Shown here: positions 26,716 to 39,068 of the stretch, in pieces
How the letters are laid out: every line of letters begins with the position of its first letter
Position numbering within the stretch: the stretch's first letter is position 1
Source: Squalus acanthias
Lineage: Eukaryota
DNA: 64,000 nt
Reading direction: 5' to 3'
Assembly (NCBI GenBank): GCA_030390025.1
Contig: CM059443.1
Coordinates: 12,214,001 to 12,278,000 of the forward strand
Notes under the pieces: generated by a model
Seen by the model: the letters and a program-made list of their open reading frames with translations, nothing else
Told to the model about the DNA's origin: nothing
Database searches by the model: none
Made by a program: the position numbers and the translations under genes

Positions 26716-27342
26716 CATGATTGCGGAGATGCCGGCGTTGGACTGGGGTGGACAAAAATGAGAAGTCGCACAACACCAGGTTATAGTCCAACAGATTTAT
26801 TTAAAATTACAAGCTTTCGGAGCTGTCGCCCCTTCCTCAGGTAAAGTTACAATGAGTAAATCTACAATATTTCACAGTATATAAACACAGAAACTGCAGA
26901 GATACAATCTTTCAGGGAAGGTGTCCTTACATCAAAGACACACCAAGAGCACAGCCAAGACAATGAGATGTGTCACACACACAACGCAAAATCATCGAGC
27001 AGAAACTGATAGCTAAGTTCCGCTCCCATGAGGATGGCCTCAATAGGGATATCGGGTTCATGCAAAAAAAACAAACACAAAAAGAAAACTGCAGACAGCA
27101 GGATTTGACACGTTGGACCCCCTGTGACACATCTCATTGTCTTGGCTGTGCTCTTGGTGTGTCTTTGATGTAAGGACACCTTCCCTGAAAGATTGTATCT
27201 CTGCAGTTTCTGTGTTTATATACTGTGAAATATTGTAGATTCACTCATTGTAACTTTACCTGAGGAAGGGGCGACAGCTCCGAAAGCTTGTAATTTTAAA
27301 TAAATCTGTTGGACTATAACCTGGTGTTGTGCGACTTCTCAT
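26716..27342 (+). mobile_element. Penelope-like element remnant with 222-bp inverted pLTRs and GIY-YIG C-terminal fragment
   Basis: Arms 26756-26977 and 27123-27344 with one mismatch seen. The spacer encodes TQRKIIEQKLIAKFRSHEDGLNRDIGFM (Penelope endonuclease C-terminus). 12-bp TSD ttctgaagtgta at 26704 and 27343. Inserted in a DeuSINE. Confidence 0.88.
27256..27293 (+). ncRNA. Minimal type I hammerhead ribozyme (Penelope-associated)
   Basis: ttac-CTGAGGA-a-ggggc(gaca)gctcc-GAAA-gc-tt-gtaa: stem I ttac/gtaa, 5-bp stem II, palindromic AGCT stem III, CUU triplet. Mirror copy on the - strand at 26807-26844. Confidence 0.7.
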
Positions 27343-27479
27343 TTCTGAAGTGTAGCCACTGTCGTCAAGAACTGTGGCAGCCAATTTGCGCACAGCAAGG
27401 TCCCACAAGTAACAATGAGATAAACGGCCAGTAGGAAAGTTTCACCATCTTTAAACGTTCTGTTCTCTGTCCGTTCAAG

Positions 27480-27553
27480 GGTAACCTCGTCAACTATTTG
27501 AGAACGCGAGGCAGATCGGTCGTCACACTGAAGCAGCTGATCCAGTTCGGGTT
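27480..27553 (+). CDS. MATK: MATK coding exon (alphaD, Src-docking RxRxR motif)
   Basis: AAG acceptor and GTGAGT donor. 74 nt translate GNLVNYLRTRGRSVVTLKQLIQFG(F). Confidence 0.93.
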
Positions 27554-29908
27554 GTGAGTTTCAAATCCTTTTCTGTTACACTTTCCCGGACCCTCCACTG
27601 TTCTCTCCTCCTCTGCTGAGGGCACTGATTCGTGCCAAGGTACAGTTCCGCGGGCACCCAGGACCCACGGGTCCAACGTCCAAACCCCACGGAGCAGGAA
27701 CAGAGCCAGGTCCATGTGGTATTGATCGGAGTCCGGCAGAGTGCGTGGCAGCAAGCACTAAACCTGGGAATTGGGCAAAATGGTGAAACTCCTGCTTTTA
27801 AATACAGAAGCACAGAATTTGTGCAAGACCTTGGCAGGGCCAGAGCTGGAGTTAGTGCGTACGGATAGGAGCCCTCTGCTATAGCAGGGACATTAGAATC
27901 GTGGAAAGGGTACAGTGAAGATTCACTAAAAAGGAAAACCAGATTTGCATTTATATAGTAAATTATTTCACTACCTTGGGATGTCCCAAAACACTTCACA
28001 GCCAATAAAGTACTTTTAAAGTGTAGTTACTGTTGTAAAGTGGGAAACGCAGCAGCCAATTTGCGCACAGCAAGCTCCCACAGACAGCAATGAGATAAAT
28101 GTTCCGAAAATCTGTTTTTCTGTTGGTTGAGGGATGAATATTGATCAGGACACCGGGGAGAATGCCCCGGCTCCTCTTCAAATTGGGATCTTTTATGTCG
28201 ACCCGAGAGGCCAGACGGGGCCTCGGTTTAACGTTCCATCTGAAAGACGGCGCCTCCGACAGTGCAGCACTCCCTCAGTACCTCACTGGAGTGTCAGCCT
28301 AGATTTTGTGCTGAAGTCTGATGGAGTCTGCGGACTCAGAGGCGAGAGGACGAGCCGCTGAGCCACGGCTGAGACCCACTCAGTGGGCGCCGGCGCGACA
28401 CTTTTCTTCTCCTTTAAATGACTCGGGGTGTCGGGATGCAGAAATAGAAGCCAGGCTTAAACGGAGCGCAGGGGAGATCGGTGTGCTCATTAACGCCCGC
28501 CCATTTTACTGCATTAAACTCCCTGTACATATTATTACAGAATACGCTGCCCCTCACTCCTCACTGTTGCAACATCGAAACAGGCCAACAATGTTTAAAC
28601 TGCATCCCGCTCACCCAGGGAACCTCCTGTGGCTAGTCTGGGACTGGGAGAGTGACGCTGCACTGCATTGAGACACAGACCATTGTACTGGCCTCGGCCT
28701 TGTCCTTGTCCTAGCCCTCTGGGGATGCTCAATCCAGGTAGCTCCCTGACTACAGGGAGAAGGTCCTTTACCTACTCAACCAGGATTAGCAATTCCTAAA
28801 TTGTTTAAATAGTGAGGTCATTGGACGGCAATCTGTGTGTCAGGCAGTTGTCAAATGTTATTTCGTTAACTCTGCCCTCTGCTTGTTCCAGCTAATTACC
28901 ACTAATGACCGATTAATGGTTGCTTTATCACAATCCACTTTAGGAATTAGGACTTGTTATTTTGAAGAGTAAAGTTCCAATTTAGTGAAAGGTGTGTCAT
29001 GGACAGCAATGCTCACCCGCCTTCTCCAGCTTGTTTTGAAAGTGTGTGTTTTAAAATACCCATTCTCCCTCCCGAATTCACGTGCAGTTTACATCGCGGG
29101 GCCTGTCCCACAGCACCAGTCCCAAAGAGAGACAGAGAAGTCAGCCAGCATCTGTAAAGGCCTAAAACATTCAGATTTTTCCTTTCTTTACAGATGCTGC
29201 CTGACTTGCTGAGCGTTTCCAATATTTTCTGTCGGATTTTCAGTGTCTGCAGTCTTCTGTTTCACAGCTGTTCAAAGTCCTGGCTGTGGCTTTCATTCCC
29301 GACCCAATGACCAGAGATTGAGGGTCAGCCCAAGGAGGTCAAAGGTCAGCCCACGGAGGTGGCTACGGCCGTTTACTCTGCTGGCTCTGGTGTCATGGCG
29401 CAGCGACGAATTGTCATTTCCCGCCCCCCCCCCCCCCCCACCCCCTCAAGAACCCGCACTGGAGAATGGGTCGATTGGGCTCAGCCTCCCTCCTTCCATA
29501 ACTCACCAAGTGTCCATTCATCATGTGGGAGCCTAGACAGCCAGCTGGTTATTCCACCATGGGGTGATCACAGCCTGTGCTGATCCTGGATCTCTCCTGC
29601 CTCACACACCTCGGCTTTCATACTCACACCTGTTTCAGCAGGAGTCAATGGATAGCAGTCTAGCAGCGGGAGACTTGACTGATTTCACCCCCCCACCCCA
29701 CTCCCTGCCAGCTTTCTTAACCCAGCGGCACTGAGGCCAATTGTAGCACCTCTAACTCAGCTCCGGCTGAAATCAACTAACTCGGTACAGACCAGAAATC
29801 CACCCTGGACCTCCTGTTTCCTACAGTTCAGAACCACACCACATGGTCCTGTTAATCAACAGATCCACCCTTTTGTTTCACCCCCCCCCTTTTTTTTCCT
29901 CCCAGAAG

Positions 29909-30218
29909 CTGGCAGCTGTCCTTTATTCTGCCAGTGCATTTCACACTTCTTTTAGCCTCAACCTGTCACATTAACACCTCCTCTTGCCTTGATCATCTCT
30001 TAATCTCTCCCTTTGTTCTTTCATCCCCTCCCCCTTTTCCCAGCTTTATCCTTGCTTTAAATCTATTTCATTTCCTGCTTTTTCCAGTTCTGACGAAAGG
30101 TCTTCGACCTGAAATGTTAACTCTGTTTCTCTCTCCACGGATGCTGCCTGGCCTGGAGTTTTTCCAGCGTTTTCTGTTGTTATTTCGGATTTCCAGCATC
30201 CGCAGTATTTTGCTATCG
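29909..30218 (+). mobile_element. Penelope-like 3' fragment with hammerhead core
   Basis: Same subfamily as 43595-44197. CTGACGA...GAAA at 30090-30114. Ends in the full tail cgcagtattttgctatcg. Confidence 0.8.
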
Positions 30219-30272
30219 TAACTATGAGTGGTCTCTCAGCCCCTCGCACAGTCTTACCTCTGCCTTCAGTAA

Positions 30273-30536
<264 letters not shown>

Positions 30537-30819
30537 TGAAGCAGGCAGATTGAACAGTGGGCGTCATGGAGCCTCCTCATTGCACACCGTTATAGCAGGA
30601 CTGTGAGAATTAGCCATGATCCGGTCAGTAAAGGAGTAGCTTCGTATCTGTACATCTTCCCCGCCTCCTGGGGACACCATTCCTGGACAGACCACCCTCT
30701 GGTACCTCACCCCACTGACCATTCTACACGTGTGAGCCTAGACAGTGAGTGTTGGCAGAATATTAGCCCATTGGGGAGCATTGCAGTTAAAACTGATCCT
30801 GTTCTCACCTGGCATCCAC

Positions 30820-31015
30820 ATCTACACTCACACGCACCAATGCACACGCACACTCACACGCACCAATGCACACACACACTCACACACACCAATGCACACA
30901 CCCACCCATGCACACACCCACACACCATGCACACGTACGCACATGTACACACATGCATATGCACACACATACACACAAACATGCGTACACGCACACACAC
31001 AAACACACGCGCACG
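30820..31015. repeat. Imperfect (CA)n microsatellite
   Basis: cacacgcaccaatgcacac-type degenerate CA run. Confidence 0.85.
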
Positions 31016-31681
31016 TTCCAGGACTGCTGGGCAAGATACAGTAGGGCAGCCAGTGTCCATGGAACTCTACCCCAGCGCATTTCAGTGCCTTCAGGAGAGA
31101 GGCAGAGCAAATTGTTAGGCACCTCATTCCAGTTTCATAGACATCACCGAGCTGCACCTTAGATCTAAGTGGATAAAAGAGCCTTGGCAATAGTCACCGA
31201 GAAAATCCCTCCTGTAGCACAGCAGCTGGGGGGCACAATACTGACACTTAAATTTACAGTCATTATACCTCAATCTCTTCAAACCTGCCAGAATCCTTTC
31301 AGCTGCCTTAATCTAGGATTTCCTCTAAATTACAGCCAGACACGAGATATTCTAACTCTTCCTCTGTGCCTCTCCTATTCTCTCCAAACTGTGCTCCATT
31401 GAACTATTGTGTGTGGACTGTGTTGGCCTGGGCCGACACAGAGCAATGGTGCGACAGCTGCCAGGGACCTTGGTAACTCTATCCCTTCCTCTGATTGAAT
31501 TGGCCACTTAAACCCCACAGGCCCTGCTACTTAAATGGCAGCCTGTCGCCAACCCATTGAGTGAGAGAGAGAGAGAGAATGAAGGGCCCACCGGTTTATG
31601 TTCTGCCAAGGTGTTAAGATTATTACACTTGTAATTGTCTAGGGGAGGAGTGTCTATAACAAGTTTCCTGATTCCTTCTAA

Positions 31682-31945
<264 letters not shown>

Positions 31946-32102
31946 TAACCCTTCTATTCGCAGCACCAACGGAGCTTTCATTCATTCGAAAACCAAAACT
32001 GTACAAAGTCTAATCAAAAAATATCCTCAGCGCCTGGAAGAGAAAGACTTGGTCAGTGCTTCAGGTGGAGTCCCTTCAGCAGAATGGATCCCTGCCCAAG
32101 TG

Positions 32103-32694
32103 GAATTCTTCACGTGTGGGTCTAGACAGTGAATTCTTCACGTGTGGGTCCAGACAGTGAATTCTTCACCTGTGGGTCCAGACAGTGAATTCTTCACCTG
32201 TGGGTCCAGACAGTGAATTCTTCACCTGTGGGTCCAGACAGTGAATTCTTCACCTGTGGGTCCAGACAGTGAATTCTTCACCTGTGGGTCCAGACAGTGA
32301 ATTCTTCACCTGTGGGTCCAGACAGTGAATTCTTCACCTGTGGGTCCAGACAGTGAATTCTTCACCTGTGGGTCCAGACAGTGAATTCTTCACCTGTGGG
32401 TCCAGACAGTGAATTCTTCACCTGTGGGTCCAGACAGTGAATTCTTCACGTGTGGGTCCAGACAGTGAATTCTTCACGTGTGGGTCCAGACAGTGAATTC
32501 TTCACGTGTGGGTCCAGACAGTGAATTCTTCACGTGTGGGTCCAGACAGTGAATTCTTCACGTGTGGGTCCAGACAGTGAATTCTTCACGTGTGGGTCCA
32601 GACAGTGAATTCTTCACGTGTGGGTCCAGACAGTGAATTCTTCACGTGTGGGTCCAGACAGTGAATTCTTCACGTGTGGGTCTAGACAGTGAAT
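32103..32694. repeat. 28-bp minisatellite, 21 copies
   Basis: Unit gaattcttcac[c/g]tgtgggtccagacagt. Confidence 0.97.
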
Positions 32695-33540
32695 AGTAGT
32701 CAGATGGCAGCCTATTCAACTGTGGTGGGCATCATGGCCAAGCCTGGCCAGAGGCACTGGATAGTGAGCAGGAATGGGAATCCCGGCTATATCCTGGCAT
32801 ATGACGGATGGGGCAGGGGCTGGTATAGGGGCAGGGCATGTGGGAGTGGAATAAGGGATGGGACAGGGGATGGATAATGGGCAGGGCGGGTATAGGGACA
32901 GGACAGGCATGGATAGGACGGAGTGAGGCGGGGAGGGGAGGGGGGTGCCAGGAGGTTTCAGGCTTGTTTAGCCGCTGATGAAAATTCAATTAAAACTGAA
33001 ATAACAAAAGGCTCCTCATCACGAGGCACAGGAGCAAAGTGGAACAATAGGCCGATATTCAGAAACCCCAGATAAAGGGCCTGATTTTAACCTAATCAGC
33101 CTGGCGGGAATGGGCGGGTTGGGGTCGAACACTCAGTTTATGCCCCGCCCCATTTTACGATGCATTGGCTTCAATGGAGCATGAGATGGGGCGGTGTTTA
33201 AGCCGGGCCGTCGACCCGAAACCACCCCATTCCTCCTGGGTGGCTCAGGTTAAAATCAGAGTATTAGTTCACATTTTAGAAATTCTTGGGCTGCCCATTC
33301 GATCCCCAGAATCTGGGGGAGATTTACTCGGTGTGCAAAGAAGCTGTAAGCCTGGTCGTTATAAAACCGAACCGTCCCGTACAAATCTGGAGGGGGTGAC
33401 ATTAGATTTCACAGGGCAAGGGTTCCCGATTTAGGGGAGGTCTGTAACTCTTTTTTTTACAGCAGTGCGTTCCTTCTTGAACTCCTCGCCGACCAAAAAT
33501 ACACTGGACTGAAATGATCGAAGGGAGGGTCACGTTTCAT

Positions 33541-34175
33541 AAGAACATAAGAACATAAGAAATAGGAGCAGGAGTAGGCCAATCGGCCCTTCGAGCCTGC
33601 TCCGCCATTCAATAAGATCATGGCTGATCTGATCCTCACCTCAAATCTAAAGAACACAAGAAGTAGGAGCAGGACCCGGCCACTCAGCCCCTGGGCCCGC
33701 TCCGCCACCCACAGGGCCTCGACCGATCCGAACTCAGCCTCATGTCCAATTTCCTGCCCGCTCCCCGTAACCCCTAATTCCCTTTACTTCTAGGAAACTG
33801 ACTATTTCTGTTTTAAATTTATTTAATGATGTAGCTTCCACAGCTTCCTGGGGCAGCAAATTCCACAGACCTATTACCCTCTGAGTGAAGAAGTTTCTCC
33901 TCATCTCAGTTTTGAAAGAGCAGCCCCTTATTCTAAGATTATGCCCCCTAGTTCTAGTTTCACCCATCCTTGGGAACATCCTCCCCGCATCCACCCGATC
34001 AAGCCCCTTCACAATCTTATATGTTTCAATAAGATCGCCTCTCACTCTTCTGAACTCCAATGAGTAGAGTCCCAATCTACTCAACCTCTCCTCATATGTC
34101 CACCCCCTCATCCCGGGGATTAACCGAGTGAACCTTCTTTGTACTGCCTCGAGAGCAAGTATGTCTTTTCTTAAG
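33541..34175 (-). mobile_element. CR1 LINE 3' fragment with duplicated 3' module
   Basis: ORF 33740-34111 YEERLSRLGLYSLEFRRVRGDLIE and (ttcttatg)n tail. Confidence 0.9.
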
Positions 34176-35178
34176 TTTCAAGCGTACCGCTTTGATGAAG
34201 GGTATCCACCTGAAACTCTGACCTCGCTTCTCTCTTTCAGATGCTGACAGCCCTGCTGTGCATTGCCAGCAATTTCTGTTTCCATTTCAGATTTCTAATC
34301 ATTTACACTTTTTGCCTTTCCATTTCTGCCAGAAGAATCAGGCAGGCGTAACCCATTAAACCAATAGAAAGTATACACAGAGCTCCCTCGCACCCCCCCC
34401 CCCAGGCCACGTACTCTGTGTCGAAATGATAACATTGCTGATGACCCCCTGAGCCCTTAAAGGGTTAAAAAACCTGCGCTGAACGTGCTTGACCTTCCTT
34501 GGCTCGTTCACCGCCTGCCCTCGTCTCAAGATGCCCTTGGCAGCGATGTTGCCGTGGAAATAAAACTTCCTGCCGTAATCCTCCATTATCCCCCCTCTCT
34601 TTATCCTCATGTGACACTTAATTACTTGCTAAATTGGAACAGCTCCTTCCAGAGTCACAACTAGAGGTTAACACATTACGCAGATGTGGTCACGCTGGAA
34701 TGACAGAGTGCTGCGCCAAGACATTTATTCCTTGTCATCTTTAAAATGAGGGCATTCTGATTGGCTCCGCCCTCCAAAAACATTTCCCCGTTAAAAGTAA
34801 AGGAGTTGAAATAAGTATCTGATAGCGGGCAAATTTGATTATCTTCAGGAGATGGTGCACGTAGCAGATATATCCTTGATTGTTCTTACTGAGAAAGTGT
34901 TGCAATTGAAATATTCAGTGGTTTGGTATTTTGTATGCTTAATTAGAATTAGATGCTGATAGTAGATCATTGCTGTGATATAACAGAGCGTGGCAATGAA
35001 ACTTACAGAATTTACAATCAGATGTAGAAATTTGCAGGGCTACGGGGAATGGGCGGAGGAGTGGGACTAGCTGAAGTGCTCTTGCAGAGAGCCGGCACGG
35101 GCTCGACGGGTCAAATGGCCTCCTTCTGTGCTGTTAACCATTCTATGATTTCTATGTTTTTATTTTGTGTGTGTGACC

Positions 35179-36000
35179 AATGAATTTCAACACAGAAAAG
35201 TGTGAGGTATTACATTTTGATAAGAAAAATAAGGAGGTCACGTATTACTTGGAAAATAAGAATCTAAATGGGGTAGAGGAGCAAAGGGATCTGGAGTACA
35301 AATATACAAATCACTAAAAGTTGCGACGCAGGTTAGCAAGGCCATAAAAAAAGCAAACCAAGCACTAGGGTTTATTTCTAGAGGGATAGAATTGAAAAGT
35401 AGGGAAGTTATGCTAAACCTGTATTGAACCTTGGTTAGACCACACTTGGAGTACTGAGTACAGTTCTGGTCGCCATATTATAAAAAGGATATAGAGGCAC
35501 TGGAGAGGGTGCAGAGAAGATTTACAAGGATGAAACCAGAATTGCGAGGGTCTACATATCAGGAAAGGATGAACAGGCTGGGTCTCTTTTCTCTTGAAAA
35601 AAGGCTGAGGGGTGACCTAATAGAGGTCTTTAAAATTATGATAGGTTTTGACAGAGTGGATAGAGAGAGTGTTTCCACTTGTGGGGAAGAGCATAACTAG
35701 AGGCCATCAATATAAGATAGTCACCAAGAAATCAAATAGGGAATTCAGAAGAAACTTCTTTACCCAAAGAGTGGTGAGAATGTGGAACTCGCTACCACAG
35801 GGAGTGGTTGAAGCGAATAGTATAGATGCATTTAAGGGGAGGCTAGACAAGCATATGAGGGAGAAGGGAATAGAGGGCTATGCTGATAGATTTAGATGAG
35901 GAAAGACTGGAGGAGGCTCGAGTGGAGTATAAACGCCGGCATGGACTGGTTGGCCAGATGGCCTGTTTCTGTGCCATATATCCTATGTAATCCTATGTAA
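35179..36000 (+). mobile_element. CR1 LINE 3' fragment, near-identical to 1532-2352
   Basis: Colinear with the 1532 copy, tcctatgtaa tail. A shorter copy lies at ~49955-50227. Confidence 0.92.
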
Positions 36001-36443
36001 AAATTAAGCAGTTTAATTTAAGGACAGTATATTGCGATATGATTTGCTTTATTATTAATGTTGTATGTAAATATTCTACGGGCCTATTTCTTCAGGCATT
36101 TTACTACACATTTGTGCTTTAATAGATCGGGGAGGGGAGAGGGGGTGTTGTGCGGGGGTGCGGAGGGACCCCGAATGACCTTGATGCTCAGGACCCCAAG
36201 AATTCTTAATTCGGTTCTGCAAAATTGCAACAGGCTTTTTGGGCCGAGTGACCTTGTTCTGTTCCAAAAAATTCTCTCGTCCTCAATTCACTTCGGATCA
36301 ATGTATCGCAAAACAGCGTCGAACTCCTGGTGCTGATCCTGACTTTAAAGCCTGTCTTGCGGGTCTAGTTTTCCGGATACAAAACTGGGTTCCAAGCTGC
36401 CCCTGAAATGCCGGTGTTTATCGCTCTTTCTGTTTCCTTGCAG

Positions 36444-36626
36444 TCACTGACGGACATGGCAGACAGAGTGGCGAAGGGGTATCGCATGGAATCTCCGGAA
36501 AAGTGTCCCGCCTCGGTGTACGACATGATGAAATCCTGCTGGGAGCACGATCCCGGGAAACGTCCCACCTTTAAAAAGCTCAAGGACAAACTGGAAAAAG
36601 AAGGACGGAAATCAGATTATGTTTGA
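36444..36626 (+). CDS. MATK: MATK last coding exon
   Basis: CAG acceptor. Translates SLTDMADRVAKGYRMESPEKCPASVYDMMKSCWEHDPGKRPTFKKLKDKLEKEGRKSDYV*. The 11 exons join in frame to 1335 nt. Confidence 0.96.
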   Translation, partial: SLTDMADRVAKGYRMESPEKCPASVYDMMKSCWEHDPGKRPTFKKLKDKLEKEGRKSDYV

Positions 36627-37060
36627 AGCAAAGACAGTTTGAAAAGCAACTCGGGGTCAGGTTTAAATAGCTTCAATGTCTCTTATTGAACTAGCGTTCT
36701 GGGATGGATCATTTCTAGGATCTTACGATTGAAGTGAGCAGCAGCACTGGGTGAAGAAGCACTGATTATACATAAAGGGATAAAAGAAAAACCCCTCAGT
36801 TTCCTGTTGGATTCCACTATTCACACTCCGATGGTTCCCGTCCATGTTTAACTCACCCCCTTTGTCTTTCCAGTTTCCGTTCACATCTCAACTGAGCTGG
36901 CCTCTGTAAGTTGTGTTTTCTCACATATGAGATTAGAAATTGACATCACTGTTTGGGGAATCGGGGGAGGGGGTTTATAGAGGGTCACATCAACCTCCGC
37001 TTTCACTCCCGGTGAAGCAATTTCACCAAAGACATTTCACCTGGGGACATAATCACACCA

Positions 37061-38648
37061 ACCCATTACAATCAGCACCGCACCACCCATTACAATCAGC
37101 ACCGCACCACCCATTACAATCAGCACCACACTGACCCATTACAATCAGCACCACACTGACCCATTACAATCAGCACCACACTGACCCATTACAATCAGCA
37201 CCACACTGACCCATTACAATCAGCACCACACTGACCCATTACAATCAGCACCACACTGACCCGTTACAATCAGCACCACACTGACCCATTACAATCAGCA
37301 CCGCACTGACCCATTACAATCAACACCACACTGACCATTACAATCAGCACCACACTGACCATTACAATCAACACCACACTGACCCATTACAATCAGCACC
37401 ACACTGACCCATTACAATCAGCACCACACTTACCCATTACAATCAGCACCACACTGACCCATTACAATCAGCACCGCACTGACCCATTACAATCAGCACC
37501 ACACTGACCATTACAATCAACACCACACTGACCCGTTACAATCAACACCGCACCACCCATTACAATCAGCACCGCACTAGCCATTACAATCAGCACCACA
37601 CTGACCCATTACAATCAGCACCGCACTAGCCATTACAATCAGCACCACACTGACCCGTTACAATCAACACCACACTGACCATTACAATCAGCACCACATT
37701 GACCCATTACAATCAGCACCGCACCACCATTACAATCAGCACCACACTGACCCGTTACAATCAGCACCACACTGACCCGTTACAATCAACACCGCACTGA
37801 CCATTACAATCAGCACCACATTGACCCATTACAATCAGCACCGCACCACCATTACAATCAGCACCACACTGACCCGTTACAATCAGCACCACACTGACCC
37901 ATTACAATCAGCACCGCACTAACCATTACAATCAGCACCGCACTAACCATTACAATCAACACCACACTGACCCGTTACAATCAGCACCACACTGACCCAT
38001 TACAATCAGCACCACACTGACCATTACAATCAACACCACACTGACCCATTACAATCAGCACCACACTGACCCATTACAATTAGCACCACACTGACCATTA
38101 CAATCAGCACCGCACTAACCATTACAATCAGCACCACACTGACCCGTTACAATCAGCACCACACTGACCATTACAATCAGCACCACACTGACCCATTACA
38201 ATCAGCACCGCACTAACCATTACAATCAGCACCGCACTAACCATTACAATCAGCACCACACTGACCCATTACAATCAGCACCGCACTGACCCATTACAAT
38301 CAACACCACACTGACCCATTACAATCAGCACCACACTGACCCATTACAATCAGCACCGCACTGACCCATTACAATCAACACCACACTGACCCATTACAAT
38401 CAGCACCGCACTGACCCATTACAATCAGCACCGCACCACCCATTACAATCAGCACCACACTGACCATTACAATCAGCACCGCACTAGTCATTACAATCAG
38501 CACCACACTAGCCATTACAATCAGCACCGCACCACCCATTACAATCAGCACCACACTGACCCATTACAATCAACACCACACTGACCCATTACAATCAGCA
38601 CCTCACCACCCATTACAATCAACACCACACTGACCCGTTATAATCAAC
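37061..38648. repeat. 24-25-bp minisatellite, ~64 copies
   Basis: Unit acccattacaatcagcaccacactg with variants. Confidence 0.97.
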
Positions 38649-39057
38649 AAGGGATAAGGGAGTTTTTAAACAAAACTCTCCTTATGGAGATGAAATGGGT
38701 GGGCTGGAGCCCATGATAGGGTAGATTGTACATGGGCTTTAAGACGAGCAGGGCTGCTGGACTGAATGGCCTTCTCTCATTCCATGCTTTGTTTTCCCTA
38801 CATTACAACAGTGACTACACTTCAAAAGTACAAATTGGCTGTAAAGCGCTTTGGGACATTCTTAGGTCATGAAAGGTGCTATATAAATGCAAGTCTTTTC
38901 TTTCTTTATGTCTTTTTTTTACTTGTTCTGAAGTCCCTACTCTTTGTGGTGCCTACTGACTAGTGGAGCAGATTTGTACCTCAATGGACAGCTTCTGCAC
39001 ACATTCCTTCTTAGTGTTTCATTAAATGTTGATGTGATCGTGCACCCCTGTGTTTAC

Positions 39058-39068
39058 AATAAATTAAA
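39058..39068 (+). terminator. Candidate MATK polyadenylation signal
   Basis: AATAAA overlapping ATTAAA, followed by U-rich and GU-rich sequence. It is the first canonical AATAAA I found after the stop codon. Confidence 0.5.

Noticed and set aside
30603-31190. His/Thr- and Cys/Val-rich ORFs
   Set aside because: They are translations of an imperfect (CA)n microsatellite.
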